Shown here: in pieces, positions 52,169 to 60,698 of the stretch
How positions within the stretch are numbered: position 1 is the stretch's first letter
How the letters are laid out: each line of letters starts with the position of its first letter
DNA from: Candidatus Flemingiibacterium sp.
GTDB taxonomy: Bacteria > Bacillota > Clostridia > Oscillospirales > CAG-272
Direction: 5' to 3'
NCBI GenBank assembly: GCA_045578725.1
Contig: JAZNKS010000096.1
Span: 9,423 to 73,422, forward strand
Length of the DNA: 64,000 nucleotides
Translations under genes and position numbers: made by a program
Notes under the pieces: generated by a model
Seen by the model: only the letters and a program-made list of their open reading frames with translations
What the model was told of the DNA's origin: nothing
The model's database searches: none

Positions 52169-53647
52169 TTATTCAGCGTCGAGAATACTCTGATAGATGT
52201 CTTCGTAGACGGTTTGTGCCCACGGCTCGAGGGCAGCCAGCTCCGAGGTAATCGTGTTGGTTGTTTTCATCAGCGCATTTGCGATGCTTCTCGCGCCGCC
52301 GAAGTTGAAGGTGTAAACCAGATCAAACACGCGGTTCTCAAACAGAATGTCCAGAATCGCCTCCGATTCGTCATCGCGGGCGCGCTTGCGCGTCAGCTGT
52401 ACATCATAGAAAGCGGGAATGATGTAATACTCTGCCGACGATGCCATCGCTTCCAGAATGACGGAGGTGCGCTCGGGATCGGGCGCGGTACGCGGAACCA
52501 TCCACATGGAGGACTTCCATTCCTGTGTGGTGGAAATGTAGCCATCCTGCGCCTCATCATATTTGGGATTGGGCAGGAATCCGAAGTCCGCATCCATATC
52601 GCGGAATTGATTCAGCGAGTTCAGGCATCCGCCGAAGAAGAGCGCACGGGATTCATTGAACACCTTGTACGCATAATTCCAGTTTGACAAATCATCCACT
52701 TTGCTCGGGATATCCCGGTTCGTGATGAGAACCTGTCCGGAGGAGAAGATATCATAAATCTTCATCAGCGCATTGATATTGCGCTCGGAATTGATGGTGA
52801 GGGTCAGCGAACCGTCGTCCTCCAGCGTGCCGAGCATACCGCCGGCCGGCCAGAGCATGGCGGCGGCTGAATTGCCCGAGGCTACCATTCCCCACTGATC
52901 CAGATAATCCACCTTGCTGTCGCCGTTGATGTCGCGGGTGAGATCGGAGCAGATCTTCTTCATGACATCGAGCGTCCATTTACCGTCATAGACCAGAGCA
53001 TAGAGATCCTCGACCTTGTTCTCCTTCGCCAGCTCTTTGTTGAAGAAGATCGTCCAGGTTGCGTTGTCATCGACCAGATTGATCGAGCCGGCCATACCGT
53101 AATTCACGCCGCCAAGCGCCGCCTGATCCATGATAACGGAGTCCCAGTATTCGCGGGAAGTATCGATATAGGGCAGATCCTCTACCGCCAGGCCGTATAA
53201 GTATCCGTTCTGCATAATCTTGTCTGCCGTATGAACCAGCACATCGTAGCTGTCATCCCCGGCCATGACCGACTGAGAAAAGAGACTCAGTAAGCTTGAG
53301 TTGGCTTCGAGGATCTGCGTGATCGTAATACCGTAAGCATCCTCAACGGCGGTATTGCGGTTATAAACCGCATCGTTGAGCGCATCGCCGTTCAATTCCT
53401 CGGTGTCAATTTCAAAGCTGTAATCGAGAGCGCCCTTGCTGTCGGTGGTCAGAATGCGGAATTCGTGCCCGCTGTAATCCTTTTTGGGAAGCGCATGGCT
53501 GATAATCTCCGGCTGTGTTTCGACCGTCGGTTCGGTGGTGGAATCCGCCGATGAAGTGTCGGTCACGCTCACCGCTTCACCACAGGATGCGAGTGTCAGC
53601 GCGCCGAGCAGGGCAAGAGCCAAAACGCGCCTTTTTTCTGTTTTCAT
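52169..53647 (-). CDS. Extracellular solute-binding-protein-like lipoprotein (paralog 4 of 4)
   Basis: AGGAGG RBS. MKTEKRRVLALALLGALTLASC is a lipobox. It is closely related to the 48995..50419 product. Confidence 0.7.
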   Translation of the reverse strand: MKTEKRRVLALALLGALTLASCGEAVSVTDTSSADSTTEPTVETQPEIISHALPKKDYSGHEFRILTTDSKGALDYSFEIDTEELNGDALNDAVYNRNTAVEDAYGITITQILEANSSLLSLFSQSVMAGDDSYDVLVHTADKIMQNGYLYGLAVEDLPYIDTSREYWDSVIMDQAALGGVNYGMAGSINLVDDNATWTIFFNKELAKENKVEDLYALVYDGKWTLDVMKKICSDLTRDINGDSKVDYLDQWGMVASGNSAAAMLWPAGGMLGTLEDDGSLTLTINSERNINALMKIYDIFSSGQVLITNRDIPSKVDDLSNWNYAYKVFNESRALFFGGCLNSLNQFRDMDADFGFLPNPKYDEAQDGYISTTQEWKSSMWMVPRTAPDPERTSVILEAMASSAEYYIIPAFYDVQLTRKRARDDESEAILDILFENRVFDLVYTFNFGGARSIANALMKTTNTITSELAALEPWAQTVYEDIYQSILDAE

Positions 53648-53707
53648 TTTGCTTTCCTCCTTGATCCGGAATATTTCCGGCGTTTTTTGCAGTTCTATTA
53701 TAGCATA

Positions 53708-53736
53708 TTGACTTTTAAGAAAAAAGGTAGTATAAT
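53708..53736 (+). promoter_or_regulatory. Sigma-A-type promoter of the AraC gene
   Basis: TTGACT (53708-53713), a 17-nt spacer, then TATAAT (53731-53736). Confidence 0.6.
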
Positions 53737-53772
53737 ATAAAAAACCGCTCCGATTATCTGATTGAGGTCATT

Positions 53773-54543
53773 ATGAACATACAAAAAGAAGTCATTACCC
53801 ATCTGCGCGTAAACCGTTACCGTGAAGCTTCCGTTGTCAACCTGCCGCCGCGTCCGACCGCTTCCGTCGGTTATTTTGAAAGCGGGGAGGCGCGCTATAC
53901 CGTCGGGCAGGAATCCTTCACCGTGCGCGCCGGGGACTGCGTGTTCGTACCGCGCGGCTGTCAGTACCGGATTTCGCATCTCGGCCCGACCGTCTACCTT
54001 TCCGCCCACTTCAATTTTATCTCCTCCAGCTCCTTCTTTGAGGGCCGGCGGATCCCGATTCAGGTTGTCCCCCATACAGACGGTGTGCATCCGCTGCTCT
54101 GCGGCATGAAGCAGGATCAGCAGGATCCCGCCCGCGTTCTGTCCTTTCTGTCGAAGTTTTACGCCCTCTGCGATGCGGTTCTGCCGCAGCTTGCCTGGGA
54201 GCCGCTTCCGAAGCACGATCCCCGCATCGAGAAAGCGCTGGAAATTCTGGATCGCGGCTACCGCGAAAAGATCAACATCGATGAGCTGGCCCGGCTCTGC
54301 TGCATGAGCGTTTCCCATTTTCACGCGCTGTTCAAAAAAGAAACCGGCACAACGCCGGTGGAATATCGGAACCACGCGGCCATTCTGAATGCCCAGCAGC
54401 TCCTGCTGGATGACCCTTCCCTTCCGATTGAAGAAGCCGCCTACGCCTGCGGATTTGAAAATACCGCCTATTTCCGCCGCGTTTTTCACGCCGAGACCGG
54501 TCTCTCCCCCCGCGCATACCGAAAAAGCGAGCTGTACCGATAA
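53773..54543 (+). CDS. AraC family transcriptional regulator (cupin plus HTH)
   Basis: The cupin-like string FTVRAGDCVFVPRGCQYRI is followed by the HTH CMSVSHFHALFKKETGTTPVEYR...GFENTAYFRRVFHAETGLSP. Confidence 0.85.
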   Translation: MNIQKEVITHLRVNRYREASVVNLPPRPTASVGYFESGEARYTVGQESFTVRAGDCVFVPRGCQYRISHLGPTVYLSAHFNFISSSSFFEGRRIPIQVVPHTDGVHPLLCGMKQDQQDPARVLSFLSKFYALCDAVLPQLAWEPLPKHDPRIEKALEILDRGYREKINIDELARLCCMSVSHFHALFKKETGTTPVEYRNHAAILNAQQLLLDDPSLPIEEAAYACGFENTAYFRRVFHAETGLSPRAYRKSELYR

Positions 54544-54549
54544 AAAAGG

Positions 54550-54582
54550 GAGCTGTTGCAAGTTGAAAACTTGCAACAGCTC
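54550..54582 (-). terminator. Intrinsic terminator; the T-run is on the minus strand, so it serves radA-direction transcription
   Basis: GAGCTGTTGCAAGTT-gaa-AACTTGCAACAGCTC is preceded on the plus strand by AAAAAA. Confidence 0.6.
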
Positions 54583-54684
54583 TGGGCGTAAACGCGCAGG
54601 CGCTTTTGCGCCCGAATACATCGGTTTTTGTGTGCAAAGCACACAAAAATGGAACCCTCAATGGGTTCCAAGATGTATTTACTG

Positions 54685-54720
54685 GGGGCTGTTGCATCTA
54701 AATGCAACAGCCCCTCCTTT
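54685..54720 (+). terminator. Intrinsic terminator; the T-run is on the plus strand, so it serves araC-direction transcription
   Basis: GGGGCTGTTGCAT-ctaa-ATGCAACAGCCCC followed by TCCTTTTTT. Confidence 0.65.
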
Positions 54721-54725
54721 TTTGC

Positions 54726-56111
54726 TTATTCCTTTCCCACGCTGATCGAATCGAAGATGCTTCTTACCGGCACCAGCTTCACGCCGTCAAAGGACAGCGG
54801 CCGCCGGTCCAGATTGCGCGCAGGAACGATGATCCGCCGAAAGCCCAGGCGCACCGCCTCGCTGACCCGCTGTTCAAAATTCTGCACCGCCCGGCATTCA
54901 CCGGCCAGACCGATCTCGCCAATGGCGATCAGATCGTCGGCTACCGGCTCATCCTTGATCGAGGAGATCAGCGCCATCGCCATGGCTAAATCCGCTGCCG
55001 GTTCATCGATATGCAGACCGCCGATAACATTCAGATAGACATCGTTCACCGAGAAGCGGTATCCCAGCCGTTTTTCCAGCACGGCTAATATCAGGCACAT
55101 CCGGTTGTAATCGATGCCGTTGGAGGTGCGGCGGGGAGATGGATAGGAGGTCTGCGCCACCAGCGCCTGCACCTCCGCGATGATCGGCCGCGTGCCCTCC
55201 ATCACGCAGACCGCACAGCTTCCCGATACGCCGACCGGCCGGCCCGCCAGCAGAGCCTCGGAGGGGTTGGCAACCTCATCAAGCCCGCAGTCGGACATTT
55301 CAAACATACCGATCTCGTTGGTGGAGCCGAAGCGGTTCTTGATCGCCCGGATGATCCGGTAAGAGCGGAGCTTTTCACCCTCGAAATAGAGGACCGCGTC
55401 CACCATATGCTCCAGTACCTTCGGGCCGGCGATTCCGCCCTCCTTGTTGACATGGCCGACCATGATGACCGAGATTCCTTCGTTCTTGGCCTTGGAGATG
55501 AAGGCAAGCGCCGATTCCCGCACCTGCGTCACGCTTCCGGGAGCGCTTGCAACGTGCTCATCGTACATCGTCTGAATGGAGTCGATGATCAGCACATCGG
55601 GATGGAGCTTGTCAATCTGCGGCAGAATCCGCGCCACATTGGTTTCGGTCAGCACATACAGACCGCCGCCCGATACCCCAAGCCGCTTGGCGCGGAGCTT
55701 GAGCTGGCCCTGTGATTCCTCACCGGAGATATAGAGCACCTTTCGCTTGTCGCCGCCGCTCAGGGATGAGCAGATCTGTAAAAGGAGCGTGGATTTACCG
55801 ATACCCGGCTCACCGGCCAAAAGAACCGCTGATCCGTGCACCAGACCGCCGCCCAGCACCCGATCCAGCTCGCCCATTCCGGTTGTGGTACGGATGAACG
55901 AGGGAAGCTCCAGATCGTCGAAGCGGATGACCTCGGATTCGTATTCGGGCGCGATCCGCTTGACGCGGCGGCCGGCGGCCGGAGCCTCTTCGATAATCGG
56001 CTCGCCCTCCTCCATCGTATTCCAGGCACCGCATCCGGGGCATTTGCCGTACCACTTGGTGGTGGAATGACCGCATTCGGTGCAGGTGTAGATCGTTTTG
56101 GGTGATTTCAT
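54726..56111 (-). CDS. radA: DNA repair protein RadA/Sms
   Basis: It has the N-terminal zinc ribbon [25 protein letters not shown], the Walker [14 protein letters not shown] and a Lon-like C-terminal domain. Confidence 0.95.
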   Translation of the reverse strand: MKSPKTIYTCTECGHSTTKWYGKCPGCGAWNTMEEGEPIIEEAPAAGRRVKRIAPEYESEVIRFDDLELPSFIRTTTGMGELDRVLGGGLVHGSAVLLAGEPGIGKSTLLLQICSSLSGGDKRKVLYISGEESQGQLKLRAKRLGVSGGGLYVLTETNVARILPQIDKLHPDVLIIDSIQTMYDEHVASAPGSVTQVRESALAFISKAKNEGISVIMVGHVNKEGGIAGPKVLEHMVDAVLYFEGEKLRSYRIIRAIKNRFGSTNEIGMFEMSDCGLDEVANPSEALLAGRPVGVSGSCAVCVMEGTRPIIAEVQALVAQTSYPSPRRTSNGIDYNRMCLILAVLEKRLGYRFSVNDVYLNVIGGLHIDEPAADLAMAMALISSIKDEPVADDLIAIGEIGLAGECRAVQNFEQRVSEAVRLGFRRIIVPARNLDRRPLSFDGVKLVPVRSIFDSISVGKE

Positions 56112-56214
56112 GGGATAGGCTCCTCATTTCTGTCATTTCTGCTATTATTATACCGCAGATCGCCCCTCTTGTCAACGAAGGATCTCACTTTTTCAAAAAT
56201 ATTTCAAAAACCCC

Positions 56215-56243
56215 TTGACAAACGCTCCCAAATGGTGTATAAT
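56215..56243 (+). promoter_or_regulatory. Consensus sigma-A promoter of tRNA-Leu
   Basis: TTGACA (56215-56220), a 17-nt spacer, then TATAAT (56238-56243). The upstream block TTTCAAAAA occurs twice. Confidence 0.7.
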
Positions 56244-56272
56244 AATATTCGTTGCAAGAGCAGCGCTCATAT

Positions 56273-56357
56273 GCGAGAGTGGCGGAACTGGCAGACGCGC
56301 ACGTTTGAGGGGCGTGTAGTTTACACTGTACGGGTTCAAGTCCCGTTTCTCGCACCA
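56273..56357 (+). tRNA. tRNA-Leu (anticodon GAG), CCA-encoded
   Basis: I folded the cloverleaf by hand. The acceptor is GCGAGAG/TTCTCGC, the anticodon stem is CACGT/GCGTG and the loop is TTGAGGG. It has a long variable arm, a T arm ACGGG-TTCAAGT-CCCGT and the discriminator A followed by CCA. Length is 85 nt. Confidence 0.9.
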
Positions 56358-56381
56358 GCAGGTCGCCGGTGGCGACCTGCG

Positions 56382-56412
56382 AAAAAAAACACCCCACCGG
56401 GGTGTTTTTTGT
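56382..56412 (+). terminator. Intrinsic terminator after tRNA-Leu
   Basis: AAAAAAAACACCCC-acc-GGGGTGTTTTTTGTTTT. It is preceded by a second hairpin GCAGGTCGCC-ggt-GGCGACCTGC (56358-56380). Confidence 0.8.
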
Positions 56413-56453
56413 TTTCCGATTTCATTATATCCAGACAGGAGATAACCATAGCC

Positions 56454-57548
56454 ATGGGAAAAATCATTTTAACCGGTGACCGTCCGACCGGTCGTCTTCA
56501 CATCGGCCACTATGTCGGCTCGCTCCGCCGCCGTGTCGAGCTTCAGAATTCCGGCGCATACGATAAAATTTACATCATGATCGCCGATGCACAGGCGCTG
56601 ACCGACAACGCCGACAATCCCGAAAAGGTCCGCCAGAACATCATCGAGGTCGCCCTCGACTATCTCTCCTGCGGTCTGGATCCGGCCAAGTCCACTCTGT
56701 TCATCCAGTCGCAGATCCCCGAGCTGACCGAGCTTTCCTTCTATTACATGAATTTAGTCACAGTATCCCGCCTCCAGCGCAATCCCACCGTCAAGGCGGA
56801 AATCCAGATGCGCAACTTTGAAACGAGCATCCCCGTCGGCTTCTTCACCTATCCGATCAGCCAGGCGGCCGACATCACCGCCTTCAAGGCGACCACCGTT
56901 CCGGTCGGTGAGGATCAGCTGCCCATGATTGAGCAGACCCGCGAGATCGTCCGCAAGTTCAATGATGTCTACGGCGGCGGCCAAACCGTCCTCGTGGAAC
57001 CCGATGCCCTTCTGCCCACCGAAGCGGCCGCACGCCGGCTTCCCGGCACCGACGGCTCGGCCAAGATGTCCAAGTCCCTCGGCAACTGCATCTATCTGTC
57101 CGACACCCCGGCCGATCTGAAGACCAAGGTCATGAGTATGTTCACCGACCCCGATCACATCAGGATCACCGATCCGGGCAAGATCGAAGGCAACACCGTC
57201 TTCACTTATCTCGATGCCTTTGCAAAGGATGCACACTTTGCCGAGTATCTGCCCGATTATGCCAACCTCGATGAATTGAAGGCCCACTATCAGCGCGGCG
57301 GCCTTGGCGATGTCAAGGTCAAGAAGTTCCTTCTGGCCGTGCTGGAGGAAACCCTCGCCCCGATCCGCGCCCGCCGCGCCGAATATCAGAAGGATATCGC
57401 CGGCGTGTACGGGATTCTGAAAAAAGGCAGCGAGGCTGCACGCGAAACGGCCGCCGCTACCCTGTCGGATGTCAAGGCCGCCATGCGCATCAATTATTTC
57501 GATGACGATGCACTGATCGCCGCCCAGGCCGAAAAATATCAGGCCTGA
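56454..57548 (+). CDS. trpS: Tryptophan--tRNA ligase
   Basis: [18 protein letters not shown] provides the HIGH motif and KMSKS is present (AKMSKSLGN). The ORF-track start at 56169 would run through the tRNA gene and was rejected. Confidence 0.9.
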   Translation: MGKIILTGDRPTGRLHIGHYVGSLRRRVELQNSGAYDKIYIMIADAQALTDNADNPEKVRQNIIEVALDYLSCGLDPAKSTLFIQSQIPELTELSFYYMNLVTVSRLQRNPTVKAEIQMRNFETSIPVGFFTYPISQAADITAFKATTVPVGEDQLPMIEQTREIVRKFNDVYGGGQTVLVEPDALLPTEAAARRLPGTDGSAKMSKSLGNCIYLSDTPADLKTKVMSMFTDPDHIRITDPGKIEGNTVFTYLDAFAKDAHFAEYLPDYANLDELKAHYQRGGLGDVKVKKFLLAVLEETLAPIRARRAEYQKDIAGVYGILKKGSEAARETAAATLSDVKAAMRINYFDDDALIAAQAEKYQA

Positions 57549-57585
57549 CCGGACACATAATTCCCGCACGAAAGGAGCTGAACCG

Positions 57586-58320
57586 ATGCGCCGGGAGTCA
57601 ACTGGTTTCCCCTTCTGCGACCGCACGTTTGCCGAATCCCTGCTTGGGGAGCGGCCGGAATGTAAGGTCTACCGCACCCACGGCTCAACCGCACAGGGTA
57701 TCGCCATGCTGCGCGGCGGCGCCTGCCCTGCCTATATTCTGGACGGCGGGAGCGAGATCGTCGCCGTCATCTGCCGCCGGGGAAATGGTGAATTCAAGCC
57801 CGTGCTCGGAGATCCCACGCGCCGGCTGTCCCAATCGGACATTGCCGAGGCCGTGGATTTCTGGGAGAAGGACAACGATAATCAGTTCTTCAGTCTGTAC
57901 GAAAAATCCTGCGGCGCGGTGATCTTCACCGACCGCGTCACCGACGGCAAAAAGGAGCGGCTCTTTCTGCTGATCCGCATGAATCTCGGCCATTGCGGCC
58001 TTCCCAAGGGTCATGTAGAGAAGTTCGAAACCGAGGAGCAGGCCGCCATCCGCGAAATCGCGGAGGAAACCGGTGTCCATGCCAAGCTCTATGAAGGCTT
58101 CCGCGAGGTTGTCAGCTATCACATCACCCCCAAAACCGTCAAGGATTCGGTCTATTTCGTCGGCCGGTTCGACGATTCCGAGAGCGTGACCATCCAGCCC
58201 TCCGAAATCCGATCCTATCGCCTCTGTCCCTATGCCGAGGCGCGCGAGGCCATCACACACGATAATGACCGCGCCATGTTCGACCGCGCCGCCAAATGGC
58301 TGGCCGATCACGGAATCTGA
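57586..58320 (+). CDS. NUDIX hydrolase with a ~110-aa N-terminal extension of unknown type
   Basis: The Nudix box GLPKGHVEKFETEEQAAIREIAEETG is present. AAAGGAG precedes the ATG. Confidence 0.75.
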   Translation: MRRESTGFPFCDRTFAESLLGERPECKVYRTHGSTAQGIAMLRGGACPAYILDGGSEIVAVICRRGNGEFKPVLGDPTRRLSQSDIAEAVDFWEKDNDNQFFSLYEKSCGAVIFTDRVTDGKKERLFLLIRMNLGHCGLPKGHVEKFETEEQAAIREIAEETGVHAKLYEGFREVVSYHITPKTVKDSVYFVGRFDDSESVTIQPSEIRSYRLCPYAEAREAITHDNDRAMFDRAAKWLADHGI

Positions 58321-58322
58321 TT

Positions 58323-58658
58323 ATGAAGCGTATTCTGCCCCTGCTTTGTCCCATCGGCTACGGATTCTTCGCATCCCTCGGCATCCATTGCCTGATTAAC
58401 CTCTTCGGTCTGGGCGCCTCCTTTGCACCGGCGCTGGGGCATCCGCTCCGCTATCTGGCCCTCTGCGGCTTTCTGCTGCTTCTGTCCGCCGCTGCCATTA
58501 TTGGCCTGCTGATTCTGAACACAAGCCTGCTGGATGCGCATCCGAAGCCGGATTTCATCCCTCTTATTGAGCTGCTGTCGGGGCTGATTCTCACCGCCGT
58601 CGGCTGTGCACTCTGGCCGATCTTCTTTGACTGGCTCCGCACCCTGTTTTTTGGATAA
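58323..58658 (+). CDS. Hypothetical membrane protein, 111 aa
   Basis: The ATG lies 2 nt after the Nudix stop. There are 3-4 hydrophobic segments. Confidence 0.5.
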   Translation: MKRILPLLCPIGYGFFASLGIHCLINLFGLGASFAPALGHPLRYLALCGFLLLLSAAAIIGLLILNTSLLDAHPKPDFIPLIELLSGLILTAVGCALWPIFFDWLRTLFFG

Positions 58659-58660
58659 AG

Positions 58661-58717
58661 AAAGCCTGTACCCGGGCGTGATACTCGTAACGAGCCGCAC
58701 GCCTGCGTACAGGCTTT
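58661..58717. terminator. Long composite hairpin between convergent genes
   Basis: The outer stem is AAAGCCTGTAC/GTACAGGCTTT and the inner stem is GGCGTG/CACGCC. It is flanked by A-rich and T-rich runs. Confidence 0.6.
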
Positions 58718-58719
58718 TT

Positions 58720-59151
58720 CTATTCTTCTGCTTTCCAATACCGATCCCCCAGCCGCTCGGCCTGCGCTTCAAACCAGATCGCGCTGTAGGGTGTTTTCGG
58801 CGGATGGCCGGACCGGATCCGATGCCGACGGAAATGGTAGCGGATCGCGCTGGGAATCGTCACGAGCGGCAGCATCAGCACGCCAAAGCGGATATTCTGA
58901 AGGCCGTGGCCCATCTCATGGGTCAGCAATTCCTCCCGCGGCTCCCGGTTCACAAGGAAGATCGGGCCCATTTCAAGCCCACCCCAATTCTCGCCCACCT
59001 CAAAATACAGACAGCAGCCCCATTTTTTCGGGCGTCTGCCGGACAGGATGAGAATCAGCGCCGTGACCAGGCCGATCGCCGTCAGCGGCAAGCCCCACGT
59101 CAGCGAAAGCGCCCAGAACAGCCGGGGATCCATTTGCCGATTATGCTTCAT
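58720..59151 (-). CDS. Membrane protein with an HExxH motif (putative zincin-like)
   Basis: AGGAGG RBS and two N-terminal TM segments. The motif is LTHEMGHGLQN. Confidence 0.5.
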   Translation of the reverse strand: MKHNRQMDPRLFWALSLTWGLPLTAIGLVTALILILSGRRPKKWGCCLYFEVGENWGGLEMGPIFLVNREPREELLTHEMGHGLQNIRFGVLMLPLVTIPSAIRYHFRRHRIRSGHPPKTPYSAIWFEAQAERLGDRYWKAEE

Positions 59152-59350
59152 TGGCGCCTCCTTTCGATCAATAGCTTCCCCAATACCACCAAATTCGCTT
59201 CCTTTCGGGATTTTCGCGTATCAGCAAAAAAAATATTTGCATTCACCGAAAATTCGACAATTTCCGCACATTGGATGTGGTATAATAATGCCATCACCAA
59301 AAACAACGCCGATTCCGGCGAAATCTGTCAAACAGGAAAGGAAATTAACG

Positions 59351-59842
59351 ATGAATCAAAACAAACTCTGTGCCATTCTTGGCGAAACCCCGGACGAACT
59401 CCCCTTCGGTTACGATGAGGATTACCCCACCTGTCTGCTGATGAAGCAGCAGCTGGTCGCCTCGATTTTCGAGCTTTTCCAGCGCGGTGTGCGCAATTTT
59501 GTCTGTACCGGACGGCAGGGTGTCGAAATGTGGGCGGCCGAAGCCTGCATCGCCATGCGCGAGCTTGGCATGAAGCTCACGCTCACCTGCGTGCGTGAGG
59601 ATGAATCGCTGGCGGACCGCTGGCATCCGGAGCGCCGCGAGCGCTATTTCCGGATACTGGAGGAAGCCGATCAAACCGTCGAGCGGCATCTGAACCCCGC
59701 GTCGGAGGATGAAAATCCCGAAACCTACATAAGCGATCACTTTGACTGCCTGCTGGTGATGGGAAATCCCGGCACCACCGATCTGATTGCCGAGGCCGAG
59801 CGGCGGAATCTCCCGATTCTGAAGCTCGATTACACCAAATAA
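59351..59842 (+). CDS. DUF1273 / SLOG-family (YpsA-like) protein
   Basis: GVRNFVCTGRQGVEMWAAEA...RW...Y..IL..AD pattern. I chose the start MNQNK at 59351 behind GGAAAGGA. Confidence 0.55.
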   Translation: MNQNKLCAILGETPDELPFGYDEDYPTCLLMKQQLVASIFELFQRGVRNFVCTGRQGVEMWAAEACIAMRELGMKLTLTCVREDESLADRWHPERRERYFRILEEADQTVERHLNPASEDENPETYISDHFDCLLVMGNPGTTDLIAEAERRNLPILKLDYTK

Positions 59843-59843
59843 A

Positions 59844-60698
59844 TCATTGCTCGCCGCCGCTTATCCGCTCGATCAGATCGCCAATCGCGCCGTCATCGCA
59901 GCGGCAGAGATGAATCTTTGCGACACTCTTGACGGAATCGATAGCATTCTCCGGGCAGGCGGGGATATCGCAGGCCTTGAGCATTTCGAGGTCATTTTCG
60001 AAATCGCCGGCGGCATAGACGGTCAGTTTATCGCTGTCGGCGATTTCCTGTTCCCCCAGCACGCGGCGGAGACGGGCGATCGCCGTCCCCTTTGTCGCAT
60101 TTTTTGCCTGGAATTCATAAATCGTCGGCTCAGCCAGCGAAAAGGCGAATTCGCCGCCGAACTTCGATTCCACCGCTTCGCGGACCTCTTTCAGCTGAGC
60201 GGGATCGGCGCGGAAGGCCAGCCGATACCAGGCGTGGGATTCAAACCGTTCCAGCGTGCCGGGCTCATCACAGCGGATGTAGGAATCCGGCGTGTCCGCA
60301 TAGCGGATTTCGCCCTCCATATAGGAATTCATCCGGAGCACCAGCGCTCCGATATCGGAGGAAATCCGGATACCGATTCCGGGAAAGCGTGCGCTCGCAT
60401 AGCGGTAAACCTCCCGTACCCGGTCATGCTTGAGCGTGACCTCGCCGAGGCGCCGTCCGGCCCGGTGATCGTAGAGATACGCACCGTTGCAATGGATGCA
60501 GGGGGCGTTGCAGAGTCCGGCGACCAGCGGACGGAGCTGTCCCATTACCGAGCTGTCCCGGCCGGTGGCAAGGGCAAACAGTCCGCCCTCCGCCTTAAAG
60601 GCTTCCACTGCCTTCAGATTGCGTTCCACCAGCCTCCGGTTGGAATCGGTGAAGGTGAAATCGATATCGCTGAGAATGATTTTGCCCGTGAATTTCAT
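59844..60698 (-). CDS. Cof-type HAD-IIB family hydrolase
   Basis: It has the catalytic start ILSDIDFTF, then ATGR and a C-terminal GDFENDLEM. Confidence 0.8.
   Translation of the reverse strand: MKFTGKIILSDIDFTFTDSNRRLVERNLKAVEAFKAEGGLFALATGRDSSVMGQLRPLVAGLCNAPCIHCNGAYLYDHRAGRRLGEVTLKHDRVREVYRYASARFPGIGIRISSDIGALVLRMNSYMEGEIRYADTPDSYIRCDEPGTLERFESHAWYRLAFRADPAQLKEVREAVESKFGGEFAFSLAEPTIYEFQAKNATKGTAIARLRRVLGEQEIADSDKLTVYAAGDFENDLEMLKACDIPACPENAIDSVKSVAKIHLCRCDDGAIGDLIERISGGEQ

Noticed and set aside
56413-56453. Search for a T-box or other leader in front of trpS.
   Set aside because: Only about 40 nt separate the tRNA terminator from the trpS RBS. None of the T-box hallmarks (AGAGA bulge, GGTGG..ACCGCG) is present.
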